64,000 nt of DNA from an uncultured Chloracidobacterium sp. (GCA_964410495.1 CAYPGP010000001.1:61993-125992); one strand, 5' to 3'. Numbered from the stretch's first letter, positions 36,689-46,506 are shown. Notes: generated from the letters alone by a model not told the origin. Program-made: numbers and translations.

Positions 36689-37375
36689 ATGATGAAGATC
36701 GTACTTTTAATATTTGCGGCATTGGCTCTATCGGTCTCTGCCGTCGCCCAGCAGAAGCCCTGGAGTCAGTGGGACAAAAAGGAGCTCGATAAGATGTTGA
36801 ACTCCTCGCCCTGGGGACAAACTCAGACCGAAACTGATACGTCGCAGATGACCTACACGCCGACAACCGACCGTTCCGCAATGTCGACCGACGGGGCACG
36901 TAATCAGTCCGTAGATCTTAAGTATCGTATTCGTTTGTTCTCAGCCAAGCCCATTCGTGAAGCGTTTGGTCGGATGGTCCTGATGTCGAACCCGAACCTG
37001 AAACCGGAACAGTTAAATGGTTTTATCAATGGCGATTACTCGGAATCCATAGTCGTATCGGTAGCCGTCGAATCGTCAGACCGCCGTTACAGCGGGCCTG
37101 TCATGCAGAAATTTGACTCGGCAACGACCGAGACCCTGAAGAATCTCGTATATCTTGAAAACTCATCGGGTAAGAAGGTGTTTATTGATGAGTATGCACG
37201 GCCTTCGACCGATGGCACCGGAGCTAAGTTCGTATTTCCTAAACTAATAGACGGAAAGCCATGGCTAAAGGATGATGACATCCTCAGGTTCAGTGCCGAC
37301 CTGCAAGGCGGTACTAAATTCGGCTGGCGGTTCAAGCTCGCTGAGATGAAATACAACGGTGTCCTGGAATACTAG
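36689..37375 (+). CDS. secreted protein, tandem paralog 2 of 3
   Basis: Signal peptide MMKIVLLIFAALALSVSAVA; WSQWDKKELDKMLNSSPWGQTQTETDT; YRIRLFSAKPIREAF; ends NGVLEY. Confidence 0.7.
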   Translation: MMKIVLLIFAALALSVSAVAQQKPWSQWDKKELDKMLNSSPWGQTQTETDTSQMTYTPTTDRSAMSTDGARNQSVDLKYRIRLFSAKPIREAFGRMVLMSNPNLKPEQLNGFINGDYSESIVVSVAVESSDRRYSGPVMQKFDSATTETLKNLVYLENSSGKKVFIDEYARPSTDGTGAKFVFPKLIDGKPWLKDDDILRFSADLQGGTKFGWRFKLAEMKYNGVLEY

Positions 37376-37376
37376 T

Positions 37377-38141
37377 ATGAAAGTTTGTACGGTCCTTTTA
37401 GTTATTTTGGCTACTGTGCCGTTCGCGATGGCTCAGCGGTCGAAGGACTGGAAAGACATGACAGTTCAAGCGGCGATGAAGCTCCTGAACGATTCGCCGT
37501 GGGCCCACACGCAGACCGATACGGACACCTCCGAGATGTTCTTCTCGCCGACCCGGCCGGGCGTTGGTTCGATAAACCAGGACACTATGATTCCGGGCCG
37601 CCCGGTTCGAGAGCAGTCGGAGAGGAACAATGCCCGGGCCGACCGCGGAGCGCTCAATCAGGCGGTGTCGGTTGACTATTACATTCGGTTCTTTTCCGCC
37701 CGTCCCGTCCGTGAGGCCATTGCCCGCATTGTACTGCTCAGCAGCCCCGAACCGGGCCCGAAAATGATCAAGGAATGGCAGGATTTCGTCGACCGGGATT
37801 TCGGGCCATATATTGTCGTTACGGTTACTTGCGCCGCAGCCGACGGCCGGTTGCTTGGACCGAATCTGCAGGCTTTCAACGGAGCTACGGCTGGCACTCT
37901 CAAAAATACGACTTACCTCGAGCGAAAAGACGGCAAGCGCGTTTATCTTATGGCTTACCGCCCGCCGGAGGATGACGGAATTGGGGCAAAGTTCATTTTC
38001 CCGCGTTACGTTGAGGGCGAACGTTTTCTCTCCGCGGCCGAAGGTTCGGTCAGATTCGTCACCGAGATCGGCAGCACGGTGAAGATAAACTCCCGTTTTG
38101 ACCTCACCCAGATGATCCTTGCTGATCGGCTGGAGTATTGA
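37377..38141 (+). CDS. secreted protein, tandem paralog 3 of 3
   Basis: Signal peptide MKVCTVLLVILATVPFAMA; AAMKLLNDSPWAHTQTDTDT; YYIRFFSARPVREAI; ends ADRLEY; ATG lies 1 nt after the upstream stop. Confidence 0.7.
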   Translation: MKVCTVLLVILATVPFAMAQRSKDWKDMTVQAAMKLLNDSPWAHTQTDTDTSEMFFSPTRPGVGSINQDTMIPGRPVREQSERNNARADRGALNQAVSVDYYIRFFSARPVREAIARIVLLSSPEPGPKMIKEWQDFVDRDFGPYIVVTVTCAAADGRLLGPNLQAFNGATAGTLKNTTYLERKDGKRVYLMAYRPPEDDGIGAKFIFPRYVEGERFLSAAEGSVRFVTEIGSTVKINSRFDLTQMILADRLEY

Positions 38142-38179
38142 ACACGGTTCTCCCTAATCCGCTATAATTACAAGCAGGT

Positions 38180-39274
38180 ATGGACCCATCTGCAAACCCA
38201 CACGCGGGCCTGTCTGTCTCCGCACTCGGGGCCGGCGACTTGATCGATCGCGCGGTGCGGTTTTATCGGAAATATTTCTGGACATTCATTTTGATAGCGG
38301 CCCCGCCGGTTGTTGTGGGTACGGTCATCTCCGTTCTATGGACTTTCACGGGAAGGCAGCTCTTTTCGGTTGGGGACGCTTACTCGGCTGAGACCGCTTT
38401 TTATTATCTGTTCGTTTCGCTGGGAACGGTCGTGATATGGCTGACCGAGACTATCGCGACCCTGGTCGTAATGGGCGGGGCGTCGCGCAATTTTGTGCGG
38501 CATCTGCTCTTTGGCGAGGCGATCACTTTCATCGAAACGTACCGCAATGTGAAAAGCAGGCTCGGCGGGTTGGTGGTCGCATCGTCGTTGATCGCTGCAT
38601 TTTTAGGCACGATCGGTATCGCTATATTCTACTTTGCTTTTTTGCTGATAGTGCTCGCGATCTACGCTGTGTACTCGGCGATCGGTGAATTGGTGCCGGT
38701 CGTTACGTTCATCATCGGATTATTGCTTACGATCGCCGTCAGTTACGGGGCGATTTGGCTATTTTTTCTCGCAGCGTCGCGGCTAGCTTATGTGCCGCAA
38801 GCTATGCTCGTCGAGGGGCAGGGAACTTTTTCGGCTATCGGGCGAAGCGCGAGTCTGGCGGGAAATAGCGTAAGGCGGCTGGCTGCTCTATTTATCTTTT
38901 CCACAGTTGCGACCTATTCGGCCCTCGCGATCCTTTACGTTCCGCTAGCATGGTATGCGTCGTCGCAGGGGATCTCGCCGATGAACTGGGACGCCGACAT
39001 AATCCCGGCTTGGTACGAGATCAGCTATAACCTGATCTGGCAGGTCAGTTTTATCCTGCTATCGCCGGTTTGGATGATCGGACTTTGTCTTTTGTACGTC
39101 GATGAACGTGTACGTGCCGAGGGTTACGACATAGAATTGATGGCCGCGGCCCGACTCGGCGATATCCCGAACGTCCCGTCAACCTATATCAACCCGCTGC
39201 AGCCCGCCCTTGCGGGTACACAAGCTGCGCAGCCGCCGCAGGGTTCGTCGATAACGACGCTGGGCCTCAGATAG
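38180..39274 (+). CDS. polytopic membrane protein (GDPD-membrane-domain-like, C-terminal Y-x-D-x-R-x-R-x-E-G-x-D motif)
   Basis: About 7 TM helices; C-terminal LLYVDERVRAEGYDIELM resembles the membrane proteins that accompany DUF4129/DUF4350/MoxR clusters (recalled, not searched). Confidence 0.5.
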   Translation: MDPSANPHAGLSVSALGAGDLIDRAVRFYRKYFWTFILIAAPPVVVGTVISVLWTFTGRQLFSVGDAYSAETAFYYLFVSLGTVVIWLTETIATLVVMGGASRNFVRHLLFGEAITFIETYRNVKSRLGGLVVASSLIAAFLGTIGIAIFYFAFLLIVLAIYAVYSAIGELVPVVTFIIGLLLTIAVSYGAIWLFFLAASRLAYVPQAMLVEGQGTFSAIGRSASLAGNSVRRLAALFIFSTVATYSALAILYVPLAWYASSQGISPMNWDADIIPAWYEISYNLIWQVSFILLSPVWMIGLCLLYVDERVRAEGYDIELMAAARLGDIPNVPSTYINPLQPALAGTQAAQPPQGSSITTLGLR

Positions 39275-39283
39275 AATTTCCCG

Positions 39284-40345
39284 ATGATCTTACCGCGTTT
39301 CAAACAGCTCGTTATTATCCTTGCGGCCGCTGCGTGCATGGTGATATCGACGTTTGCGGCGAGTCCGGAGGATTATGTCGAACGAGTCGAATCGGCACGG
39401 ATCTCAGTAGAGATCCTTCTTGACGACATGCGTAACAAGACGCAGACCGAGGACATTCCGGAAACGATCGCGTCGATAAAGGAGGAAATTCCGGCCACGG
39501 AATCCATAGAGTGGAACGGAGGCGGCGTTCAGACGAATAACGAATGGCTGCATCAGGACCTAAAGCGATTTTCGGAAGCTGCCAGCGAGAAAGAACGCTC
39601 CGCAGTTCTGATCGCGATCAGTGAGCGCCTTCTCGCGGTCGCCGAAACCGCAAAAGACCTCAAAAAACAGGCCCAGGGCGAACGGAGCAAAGACGAAGAT
39701 AAACAAAAGCTCGGCGAGATCCTCGGGCGGCCGGAGTATCAGAAGCCTGAGGAGAAAGGCGAGAGTCTTTTCCAGAAATGGTGGCGCGAATTTCTCGAGT
39801 GGCTAGAAAAGATGTTCCCGGGCCGGCCCGATATCGAGCCTTCGTCCTCGAGCGGGTTGAGTACGGCCCAGTTCGTTCTGCAGATCGTCGTGTTTGCGGC
39901 GGTCGCTGCACTTGTTATTTTTGCGATATTCAAGTTTCTGCCGCTCATTCGCCGCCGAATCTCATCGAGCAAGGACGAGAAGGACGGCGACCGAGTGATA
40001 CTCGGCGAGCGGATCGATGACAATATGTCGTCGTTCGACCTCTTTGGTGAAGCGGAGCGTCTTGCTCGCGAAGGCGATCTTCGCTCGGCGATCCGCAAGG
40101 GGTATATCGCGATGCTGTGCGATCTCGCCGACCGGAAGATCGTCCGACTTGACCGCTCGAAGACCAATCGCGATTACCTCCGCGATGTGCGGCGGATCGA
40201 GCCGCTGTTTGAGAATGTTCGCGGCCTGACGTCAAGCTTTGAGGTCAACTGGTATGGACTTCGGCCTGCGGAAGCGGGCGACTGGGAGGAATTTCGCTCC
40301 GGATACCAGCGGACAGTGGCCGAGGCACGTCGAGTTCAGAAATGA
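39284..40345 (+). CDS. DUF4129-like protein
   Basis: Signal/anchor, central TM helix (VVFAAVAALVIFAIF), C-terminal ...NRDYLRDVRR...FEVNWYGLRPA region typical of DUF4129. Confidence 0.5.
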   Translation: MILPRFKQLVIILAAAACMVISTFAASPEDYVERVESARISVEILLDDMRNKTQTEDIPETIASIKEEIPATESIEWNGGGVQTNNEWLHQDLKRFSEAASEKERSAVLIAISERLLAVAETAKDLKKQAQGERSKDEDKQKLGEILGRPEYQKPEEKGESLFQKWWREFLEWLEKMFPGRPDIEPSSSSGLSTAQFVLQIVVFAAVAALVIFAIFKFLPLIRRRISSSKDEKDGDRVILGERIDDNMSSFDLFGEAERLAREGDLRSAIRKGYIAMLCDLADRKIVRLDRSKTNRDYLRDVRRIEPLFENVRGLTSSFEVNWYGLRPAEAGDWEEFRSGYQRTVAEARRVQK

Positions 40346-41796
40346 AGCAAAAGCTTTTCATCGTTATTTTGCTTTTATTTACGGCCGTCGTTCTGATCGG
40401 GCTGAATGCCGCGTCGTATCAGCAAAAGGAAGAGACGCCCGACACGGAGCTCGCTCCGAACCGTTCGAGCTTCAATGCGGGATCAACCGGGACTCAGGCA
40501 TTTTTCACGCTGCTCAGCGAAACCGGCCGCGGGCCGACGCGTTGGCAGGAACCTCCGGCGGCTCTTATAACAGCCAGGAAGAACACCCCAGCCGTTTTCG
40601 TGGTCATCGGCGAACTGCGTCGTCCCTACACAGAACAGGAAACGACAGATCTTTTCCGCTGGGTCTCGTCAGGCGGGCGGCTAGTTTTGATCGACCGCGA
40701 AGTTCCGGAAGCTCTCGCGATGACTACCGCAAACTGGAGGGTTTCAGTTAAGGGAAAGGATGTGCCTGACCTTTTAACGGTCGATTCGAGCGACCGCGTG
40801 CAGATGACCAAAGGCGTCGCTGGTGTTCGGCCAGCACAGCCGAGCGTTTTTACGCAAAGCGTCAACGCAATTCAGCCATCCCGATTCGCCGGAGCGGTCA
40901 GCTTTGAACGGTTCATTGATCCCGATATACCCAGAGTTGACGATGATGATCCGCCGCCACCGCCAAGGGCCGCACCGCCCACATCCAATGTTCCGACGAA
41001 GCCCGTTCGTGTGGAGCGCAATACTGGCCAGGTTTATCAAATGCCGAGTCCAACGCCGTTTGAGATAACGACCGTTGGCGGGACCAGCGTTGAGTCGCCG
41101 AGCCAGATGGCTCCGGTCGTGCATTTTGCCGACGGAGCGAACAATCTGCTCGTCGAAGTACCCTACGGAGAAGGGAAGATCGTTTTTCTTACCGATCCTT
41201 TCATTGTCTCGAACGCCGGTATTTCGATGGTTGATAACGCGCAATTGGCGATCAATCTCGTCGCCGCGGGCCAGGGGGCGATAGCGTTTGACGAATATCA
41301 TCAAGGTTACGGTGTGGACAATAATCGATTCCTGCAGTTTTTCGCGGGCACGCCGGTGGTAGCGATATTTTTGCAGCTCGCGGTGATCGTCGCTCTTGTT
41401 TTCTTTTCGCAAAGCCGACGGTTCGCTCGTGCGGTCCCCGAAAGGGAAGAGGATCGGCTTTCGAAGCTGGAATATATCGCTGCGATGGCCGAACTCCAGT
41501 CGAGAACCAAGGCATTCGACCTTGCGGTCGAGAATATTTACACCGACTTTCGTCGGCGCGTCGCGCGGTCGCTGGGGCTCGATCATCACAGCATGACGAG
41601 CGTGGAGCTTGCCGGTGTAGTTGCGGAGCGGACCGGGCGAGACCGAAGGGAGATCGCGGAGGTATTCTCGAAATGTGAGCACATCGTGCATGGCCAGCCG
41701 ACGAATAAGCGCGAGGTTCTAAAGCTCGTCGAGGAACTTCGCGGATTGGAGGCCGCATTAAATCTGTCGCGACAGCCGAAGGGAGCGCGGATCTGA
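40342..41796 (+). CDS. DUF4350-like protein
   Basis: N-terminal anchor, NRSSFNAGSTGTQAFFTLLSETG motif, later YHQGYG plus a TM helix; ATGA overlap with the upstream gene. Confidence 0.5.
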   Translation: MKQKLFIVILLLFTAVVLIGLNAASYQQKEETPDTELAPNRSSFNAGSTGTQAFFTLLSETGRGPTRWQEPPAALITARKNTPAVFVVIGELRRPYTEQETTDLFRWVSSGGRLVLIDREVPEALAMTTANWRVSVKGKDVPDLLTVDSSDRVQMTKGVAGVRPAQPSVFTQSVNAIQPSRFAGAVSFERFIDPDIPRVDDDDPPPPPRAAPPTSNVPTKPVRVERNTGQVYQMPSPTPFEITTVGGTSVESPSQMAPVVHFADGANNLLVEVPYGEGKIVFLTDPFIVSNAGISMVDNAQLAINLVAAGQGAIAFDEYHQGYGVDNNRFLQFFAGTPVVAIFLQLAVIVALVFFSQSRRFARAVPEREEDRLSKLEYIAAMAELQSRTKAFDLAVENIYTDFRRRVARSLGLDHHSMTSVELAGVVAERTGRDRREIAEVFSKCEHIVHGQPTNKREVLKLVEELRGLEAALNLSRQPKGARI

Positions 41797-41803
41797 CTTG
41801 CCG

Positions 41804-42553
41804 ATGACAACCGGATCACTCATCCTCCTGGCCGTGATCGTTTTCGTGACGTGCACCATTGGCGTGGTCACGGGCAGTAATTCCCTGATCAACGTACCGG
41901 CGATGTTTCAGCTCGGGGTCGAACCGCGGGTGGCGGTCGCGACAAACATGTTCGGCCTTGTCTTCATGGCGGTCGGCGGGACGATACCTTTCATTCGCCA
42001 AAAGCGGATCGAGTACGGCCGGGTTTGGCCTCTGGTCGCGATCACGCTCGTTAGTTCCGCTCTCGGAGCATTGCTGGTCGGTTTTATGACCGGCGACGGG
42101 ATGAAGCTGGCGGTCACGATATCAATGATCGCCGTGATCGTATTCACATTAGTGCGCCGCGATGCTGGAGTTGAAGCGAAAAAACCAGGCCGTTACGCTA
42201 TACCCATCGCGTATCTGCTAGTATTCCTTCTCGGAATTTACGGCGGGTTTTACAGCGGCGGTTACGTGACAATGCTTACCGCCGTCTGCGTTGGTATTTA
42301 TGGTATGACGTATGGGTCGGCTGTTGCGTCGACGAAGCTGATCAACATTTTCTCATGCGGCATCGCAACGGCGATCTTTATGTGGCAGGGGCTTGTCGAT
42401 TATAGGCTCGGGGCAATCCTTGCGGTAGTAATGTTCGTGGGCGGTTACGTTGGCGCCCACTTTGCGACAAAGATGGATGACAAACTTCTTCGCCGCATCT
42501 TTTTGACGGCGGTTCTGCTGCTGGCCGCAAAAACCCTGTACGATTTTATTTGA
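41804..42553 (+). CDS. sulfite exporter TauE/SafE family permease
   Basis: ~250 aa with 7-8 TM helices and internally duplicated G-rich helices (alternative TTG start at 41798). Confidence 0.6.
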   Translation: MTTGSLILLAVIVFVTCTIGVVTGSNSLINVPAMFQLGVEPRVAVATNMFGLVFMAVGGTIPFIRQKRIEYGRVWPLVAITLVSSALGALLVGFMTGDGMKLAVTISMIAVIVFTLVRRDAGVEAKKPGRYAIPIAYLLVFLLGIYGGFYSGGYVTMLTAVCVGIYGMTYGSAVASTKLINIFSCGIATAIFMWQGLVDYRLGAILAVVMFVGGYVGAHFATKMDDKLLRRIFLTAVLLLAAKTLYDFI

Positions 42554-42564
42554 TGATCTTAGAG

Positions 42565-42589
42565 CCTCTGCGTCTCAGCGACTCTGCGG
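42565..42589. repeat. solo copy of the CTCTGCGTCTC..CTCTGCGG repeat
   Basis: CCTCTGCGTCTCAGCGACTCTGCGG matches the 59754-59778 repeat arm at 21 of 25 positions. Confidence 0.6.
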
Positions 42590-42602
42590 TAAAATTCCAT
42601 TA

Positions 42603-43556
42603 ATGCTGACTTACACACCAAATACTGTCGCCCACATCGTAAACGAACTTCGCAAAACCATCGTCGGCCAGGATGATGTCATCGAACAAGTGCTGGTCGC
42701 GATCCTAGCCGAAGGCCATGCTTTGATCGAGGGCGTGCCCGGCACTGCGAAGACCTTGATGATCAAAACACTCGCCCACATCGTCGGTGCAAAGTACTCT
42801 CGCATCCAGTTCACGCCCGATCTGATGCCGTCGGACATTACCGGGACGAACGTGTTCAACGTTCAGACATCGCAGTTTGCTCTGCGGCACGGGCCGATAT
42901 TTACTGACGTTCTGCTCGCGGACGAGATCAACCGAACTCCGCCAAAAACTCAGGCCGCATTGCTCGAAGCGATGGAGGAACGCCAGACGACCATCGACGG
43001 AGACCGCTATCTGCTGTCGCCGCTTTTCACGGTGCTCGCGACCGAAAACCCGATCGAATACGAGGGTACGTATCCTCTTCCTGAAGCTCAGCTTGACCGG
43101 TTTTTAATGAAGATCATCATCGATTATCCGGAACGGGCCGACGAAGAAGAGATCGTTTCGCGGTGGGATGCGGGCTTTAGTTCGCGGCATCTTCAGAATG
43201 TACAGATCGCCCGGTTGCAGGACCCGTCCGCGATCCAGCGATGCCGGGCCGAGGTGCGGGCGATGCGAATGGAACCGGGCGTGCAGAAGTACGTCGTCGA
43301 GATCGTTCGCCGAACGCGAACTCATCCGACGATCCTTTACGGGGCAAGCCCGCGTGCATCTGTCGCGTTATTGTTGTGTTCAAAGGCTCTTGCCGCTCTT
43401 CGGGGGCGTGATTTTCCGACTCCGGACGATGTCCGCGATGTCGCTCTTCCGGTCTTGCGTCATCGCCTGGCACTAAGAGCAGAAGCTGAGCTTGACGGCG
43501 CAACTACCGACGCCGTGATTTCCGACATTATTAAAACAATAGAAGTTCCCAGATGA
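42603..43556 (+). CDS. MoxR-family AAA+ ATPase
   Basis: Walker A GVPGTAKT, Walker [19 protein letters not shown] and ASPRA motifs; 317 aa. Confidence 0.9.
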   Translation: MLTYTPNTVAHIVNELRKTIVGQDDVIEQVLVAILAEGHALIEGVPGTAKTLMIKTLAHIVGAKYSRIQFTPDLMPSDITGTNVFNVQTSQFALRHGPIFTDVLLADEINRTPPKTQAALLEAMEERQTTIDGDRYLLSPLFTVLATENPIEYEGTYPLPEAQLDRFLMKIIIDYPERADEEEIVSRWDAGFSSRHLQNVQIARLQDPSAIQRCRAEVRAMRMEPGVQKYVVEIVRRTRTHPTILYGASPRASVALLLCSKALAALRGRDFPTPDDVRDVALPVLRHRLALRAEAELDGATTDAVISDIIKTIEVPR

Positions 43557-44839
43557 TTCGAGCGATCTTAGCATTAGGTATTGTCATTTCTTTTGCCCTA
43601 GTCGCTTTCGGACAAAGCCGCGGCTCGGCGGCGTGGATCCTGAAGGAAAAGTTGGTTCGAGCCTGTATGCTCGGCGATGTTGAGGCGGTGAAGGAAACGC
43701 TTCGTCGCGGGGCTTCGCCAAATTCGAAGGACGAGTTTGGCAACCCTGTACTTCTGCTCGCCGTGCGGCCTTCGGTCTATGCTGGTTCGGCTGAGCCGGC
43801 GGCGATAGTGAATTTGCTGCTCGACGCCGGTGCGGATATCAATGCCCCAAACGATTTCGGCTCGACCGCACTTTTTTTGACCAATAAGCCGAATCCGAAT
43901 ATTCCGATACCAAACGATCCGCTCGAAGTGCTCCTCCGCCGCGGTGCTGATCGCAAGAAGAAGGATAAGTTCGGATTAACCTTCGAGGAATATCGCGAGG
44001 GCGAGGCCGAAAAGAAAATGAGCGAAGACGATATCGTCTGGCGGTACTTGTTTGAGGGGAACATAAAGATCGACGACTTTTTTCCGAACATAAAGCCCTA
44101 TTCTAATGGAGCGACTTTCTTGATGGGCGCGGCGTATTACGCCGAATATTATCAACAGCCAACTCGCTTTCGGCCGACCGCAGCTACGGATAAATTCGGT
44201 GAAACTTACCTGTTCTATCTGGCTGGACGAGAAAAATATTTCGCGGGCGAGTTGGGTGAGATCGATCCCAAGATCGCAAATATTCAAACGCCGGACGGCG
44301 AGACCGCGATGATCCGCGGGGCGAAATTCGGTGCCGATATGTTTGTTTTCAGATTGCTTAAGAACAACGCCGATCCTGAGCTGCGTGATCGCTCAGGGCT
44401 TTCTGCCCTCGATCATGCGGTGATGACGGATAGCTATATGACGGTTCTCAATCTGCTGATGAAGGCCGATGCATCGCGAACCGCCGCGGACGGAAAGACT
44501 GCATTGATGCGGGCGATACAAAAGAATGCGTTACGTTCTGTCAATGCGTTCATAGTAGCCCGGCGGATGGCCGATGAGATCGAAGCGAACCGAAAGAAAG
44601 GCGAAACGCAGGAAGTCGATCTGAAACTCGCCGAATCGTTTCGGCGGATAAACATCGATCAGGCCGACAGAAACGGCCGAACTGCGTTGATGTACGCGGT
44701 AGAAGCTGGCAATGTCGCGATAGCCAAAGAGCTTCTTGCACTCAAGCCAAAACTAAATTTGCGAGACCGAAGCGGAAAGACCGCTGCTGATCTCGCAAAA
44801 TCGAATCCCGAAATTCTTGCCCTATTGAGCGGCAGGTAA
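43553..44839 (+). CDS. secreted ankyrin-repeat protein
   Basis: Signal peptide [20 protein letters not shown]. Multiple ANK units (G.TAL..A......V..LL..GAD.N); ATGA overlap with the moxR stop. Confidence 0.75.
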   Translation: MIRAILALGIVISFALVAFGQSRGSAAWILKEKLVRACMLGDVEAVKETLRRGASPNSKDEFGNPVLLLAVRPSVYAGSAEPAAIVNLLLDAGADINAPNDFGSTALFLTNKPNPNIPIPNDPLEVLLRRGADRKKKDKFGLTFEEYREGEAEKKMSEDDIVWRYLFEGNIKIDDFFPNIKPYSNGATFLMGAAYYAEYYQQPTRFRPTAATDKFGETYLFYLAGREKYFAGELGEIDPKIANIQTPDGETAMIRGAKFGADMFVFRLLKNNADPELRDRSGLSALDHAVMTDSYMTVLNLLMKADASRTAADGKTALMRAIQKNALRSVNAFIVARRMADEIEANRKKGETQEVDLKLAESFRRINIDQADRNGRTALMYAVEAGNVAIAKELLALKPKLNLRDRSGKTAADLAKSNPEILALLSGR

Positions 44840-46414
44840 CTCTTCCGAATCTTTCTGAGTGCCGCTTTTCGCGGGCTTCGATGCCGGCTTGGCAGGCTGA
44901 TCAGCCGGTTTGTTCTTCGGCGGCGGCGTTGCCATCGGTTTTGGCGTCGGTGCGCCTTCCGGCGTCGGCTGCGTCACGGCCGTGTTTGCCGCTGAGTTCT
45001 TCGGCGTTGGTGAAGGTTTCGCACCGGGCTGCGGAGCGTTGCTCGGGCAGGGAATATCCTGGCCCGTCTGTACGTCGCGACAGCGAAGCTCGACACTACC
45101 GCTTGGGTTAAAGTCGGGCATGAATTGGCTCTGGCCTTCGCCCACCGTATACATCTGGCCGCCGGGAGGTACGTAACCCGCCGGAGGTGCCGTCGGGATT
45201 CCGGAAGGAACGCCGGGCATCGATCCCGCGAGGGGACCCGTCAGCGGAGCCCCAGCGGGTGGAATGCCGCCATTTGCCCATGGATTGTATCCGTCGCCGC
45301 CCGGCAGGTCGCTCATCATCTGATTTTGAGTCGACATGATCTCGGCTTCGGTCAGGGCGGGAAGCTTTGCCAGGCTTTCCTCCTGAGCACCCGTCGCGGG
45401 GCCGATCGGCTGGACTGGAAGGCTTCCGGCGTCTGCCTGCACTGTCTCGGTCGGGTCGGTTTGTCGGACCGATGTCGCGTAGATCAACGCCGAGGCGAAG
45501 ATCGCAATGCCGAGGAGTGAGAAAATCGCGGTCTGCCAAACGTTACGTTTCGGAGCAGCTCCCGCCGCGGCGGCCATCGCCTTTTCCTGAGTAACGGGCG
45601 AGCCGATCCGGCCGGCAAGGATCTCAAGATCCTCTGCAAACGCGGCCATCGTTTGGTATCGGCGTTCCGGATCGACGGCCATCGCACTTAAAACTATCGG
45701 CTCGATCTCGGGATTCAGATCGCGGCGAAAGGCTGAGATCGGCGGCGGTGGTTCGCTGTTTTGTTTCTTGAGGATGTCGGCGGCCGTCGGTCCTTCGTAC
45801 GGCACGCTTCCCGCAAGTAGCTCATATAAGATCACGCCGAGCGAATAAACATCCGAACGTTCGTCCGAAGCCGGATATGCATTACATTGCTCGGGTGCGA
45901 GATACCGCGGATCGGCATTTCGGCTGACGTTAAGCGGATCGCCGCCGAAGTCGTAAACTTTGCACCTATTCTCTTCCTCGACGAAGATATTTTGCGGACT
46001 CAGACTTCCGTGAACTGTCTTTTTCTCGTGAGCCGCGGAAACGGCCGATGATATCTGCCGAGCGATATCGATCGCCGCATTTTCGTCGAGCGGTTCGCCC
46101 GTTCCGATCTGATCAAGCGTTTTTCCGTCGGTCGGTTCGTAAACGGCGTATGAAATGCCTTTCGAATCCGTACCGAAATCGGTGATGTTCAAAATGCCGG
46201 GATGCGAAAGTAGTGACGCCGAACGGGCTTCGCGCACAAAGCGTTTTACCCAGCGTTCGTCGACAGCCAAAGCGGTTGGCAGGATCTTCAGCGTTACCGG
46301 CCGCTCCTGAATTTCGGAGCTGCCTGTGTAAAGGTCGCCTGAGTCGCCCTCGCGAAGCAGTTCGCCGACACGATATTTATCCGCAATTAGTTTTCCAGCA
46401 AAATCACCTAACAT
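44822..46414 (-). CDS. membrane-anchored Hanks-type Ser/Thr kinase homolog with degenerate catalytic loop (probable pseudokinase)
   Basis: VTLK, DFG, APE and DVYSLG motifs are present, but the catalytic loop reads HGSLSPQN rather than HRDLKPxN. One TM helix, then a Pro-rich C-terminal tail. Confidence 0.75.
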   Translation of the reverse strand: MLGDFAGKLIADKYRVGELLREGDSGDLYTGSSEIQERPVTLKILPTALAVDERWVKRFVREARSASLLSHPGILNITDFGTDSKGISYAVYEPTDGKTLDQIGTGEPLDENAAIDIARQISSAVSAAHEKKTVHGSLSPQNIFVEEENRCKVYDFGGDPLNVSRNADPRYLAPEQCNAYPASDERSDVYSLGVILYELLAGSVPYEGPTAADILKKQNSEPPPPISAFRRDLNPEIEPIVLSAMAVDPERRYQTMAAFAEDLEILAGRIGSPVTQEKAMAAAAGAAPKRNVWQTAIFSLLGIAIFASALIYATSVRQTDPTETVQADAGSLPVQPIGPATGAQEESLAKLPALTEAEIMSTQNQMMSDLPGGDGYNPWANGGIPPAGAPLTGPLAGSMPGVPSGIPTAPPAGYVPPGGQMYTVGEGQSQFMPDFNPSGSVELRCRDVQTGQDIPCPSNAPQPGAKPSPTPKNSAANTAVTQPTPEGAPTPKPMATPPPKNKPADQPAKPASKPAKSGTQKDSEELPAAQ

Positions 46415-46447
46415 CAGTATTTAGAACGAAAAACCTGGCCTGAAGTT

Positions 46448-46506
46448 GCAAAAGAAAGTGGCCGGTGCAGCGGTCGGCGATACCGACTTAACTGACCACC
46501 GGCCAC
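46448..46506 (-). terminator. rho-independent terminator after atpE
   Basis: Minus strand GUGGCCGGUG-N29-CACCGGCCAC followed by UUUCUUUUGC. Confidence 0.6.

Noticed and set aside
35948-38141. Naming the three tandem paralogs 'GWxTD domain proteins' because of the SPWGQTQTETD-like motif.
   Set aside because: The acidobacterial GWxTD family as I recall it has a G-W-x-T-D-R-G core preceded by an FW.rRDP region. These proteins have W-(G/A)-x-T-(Q/Y)-T near the N-terminus and none of the other blocks. I left them unnamed.
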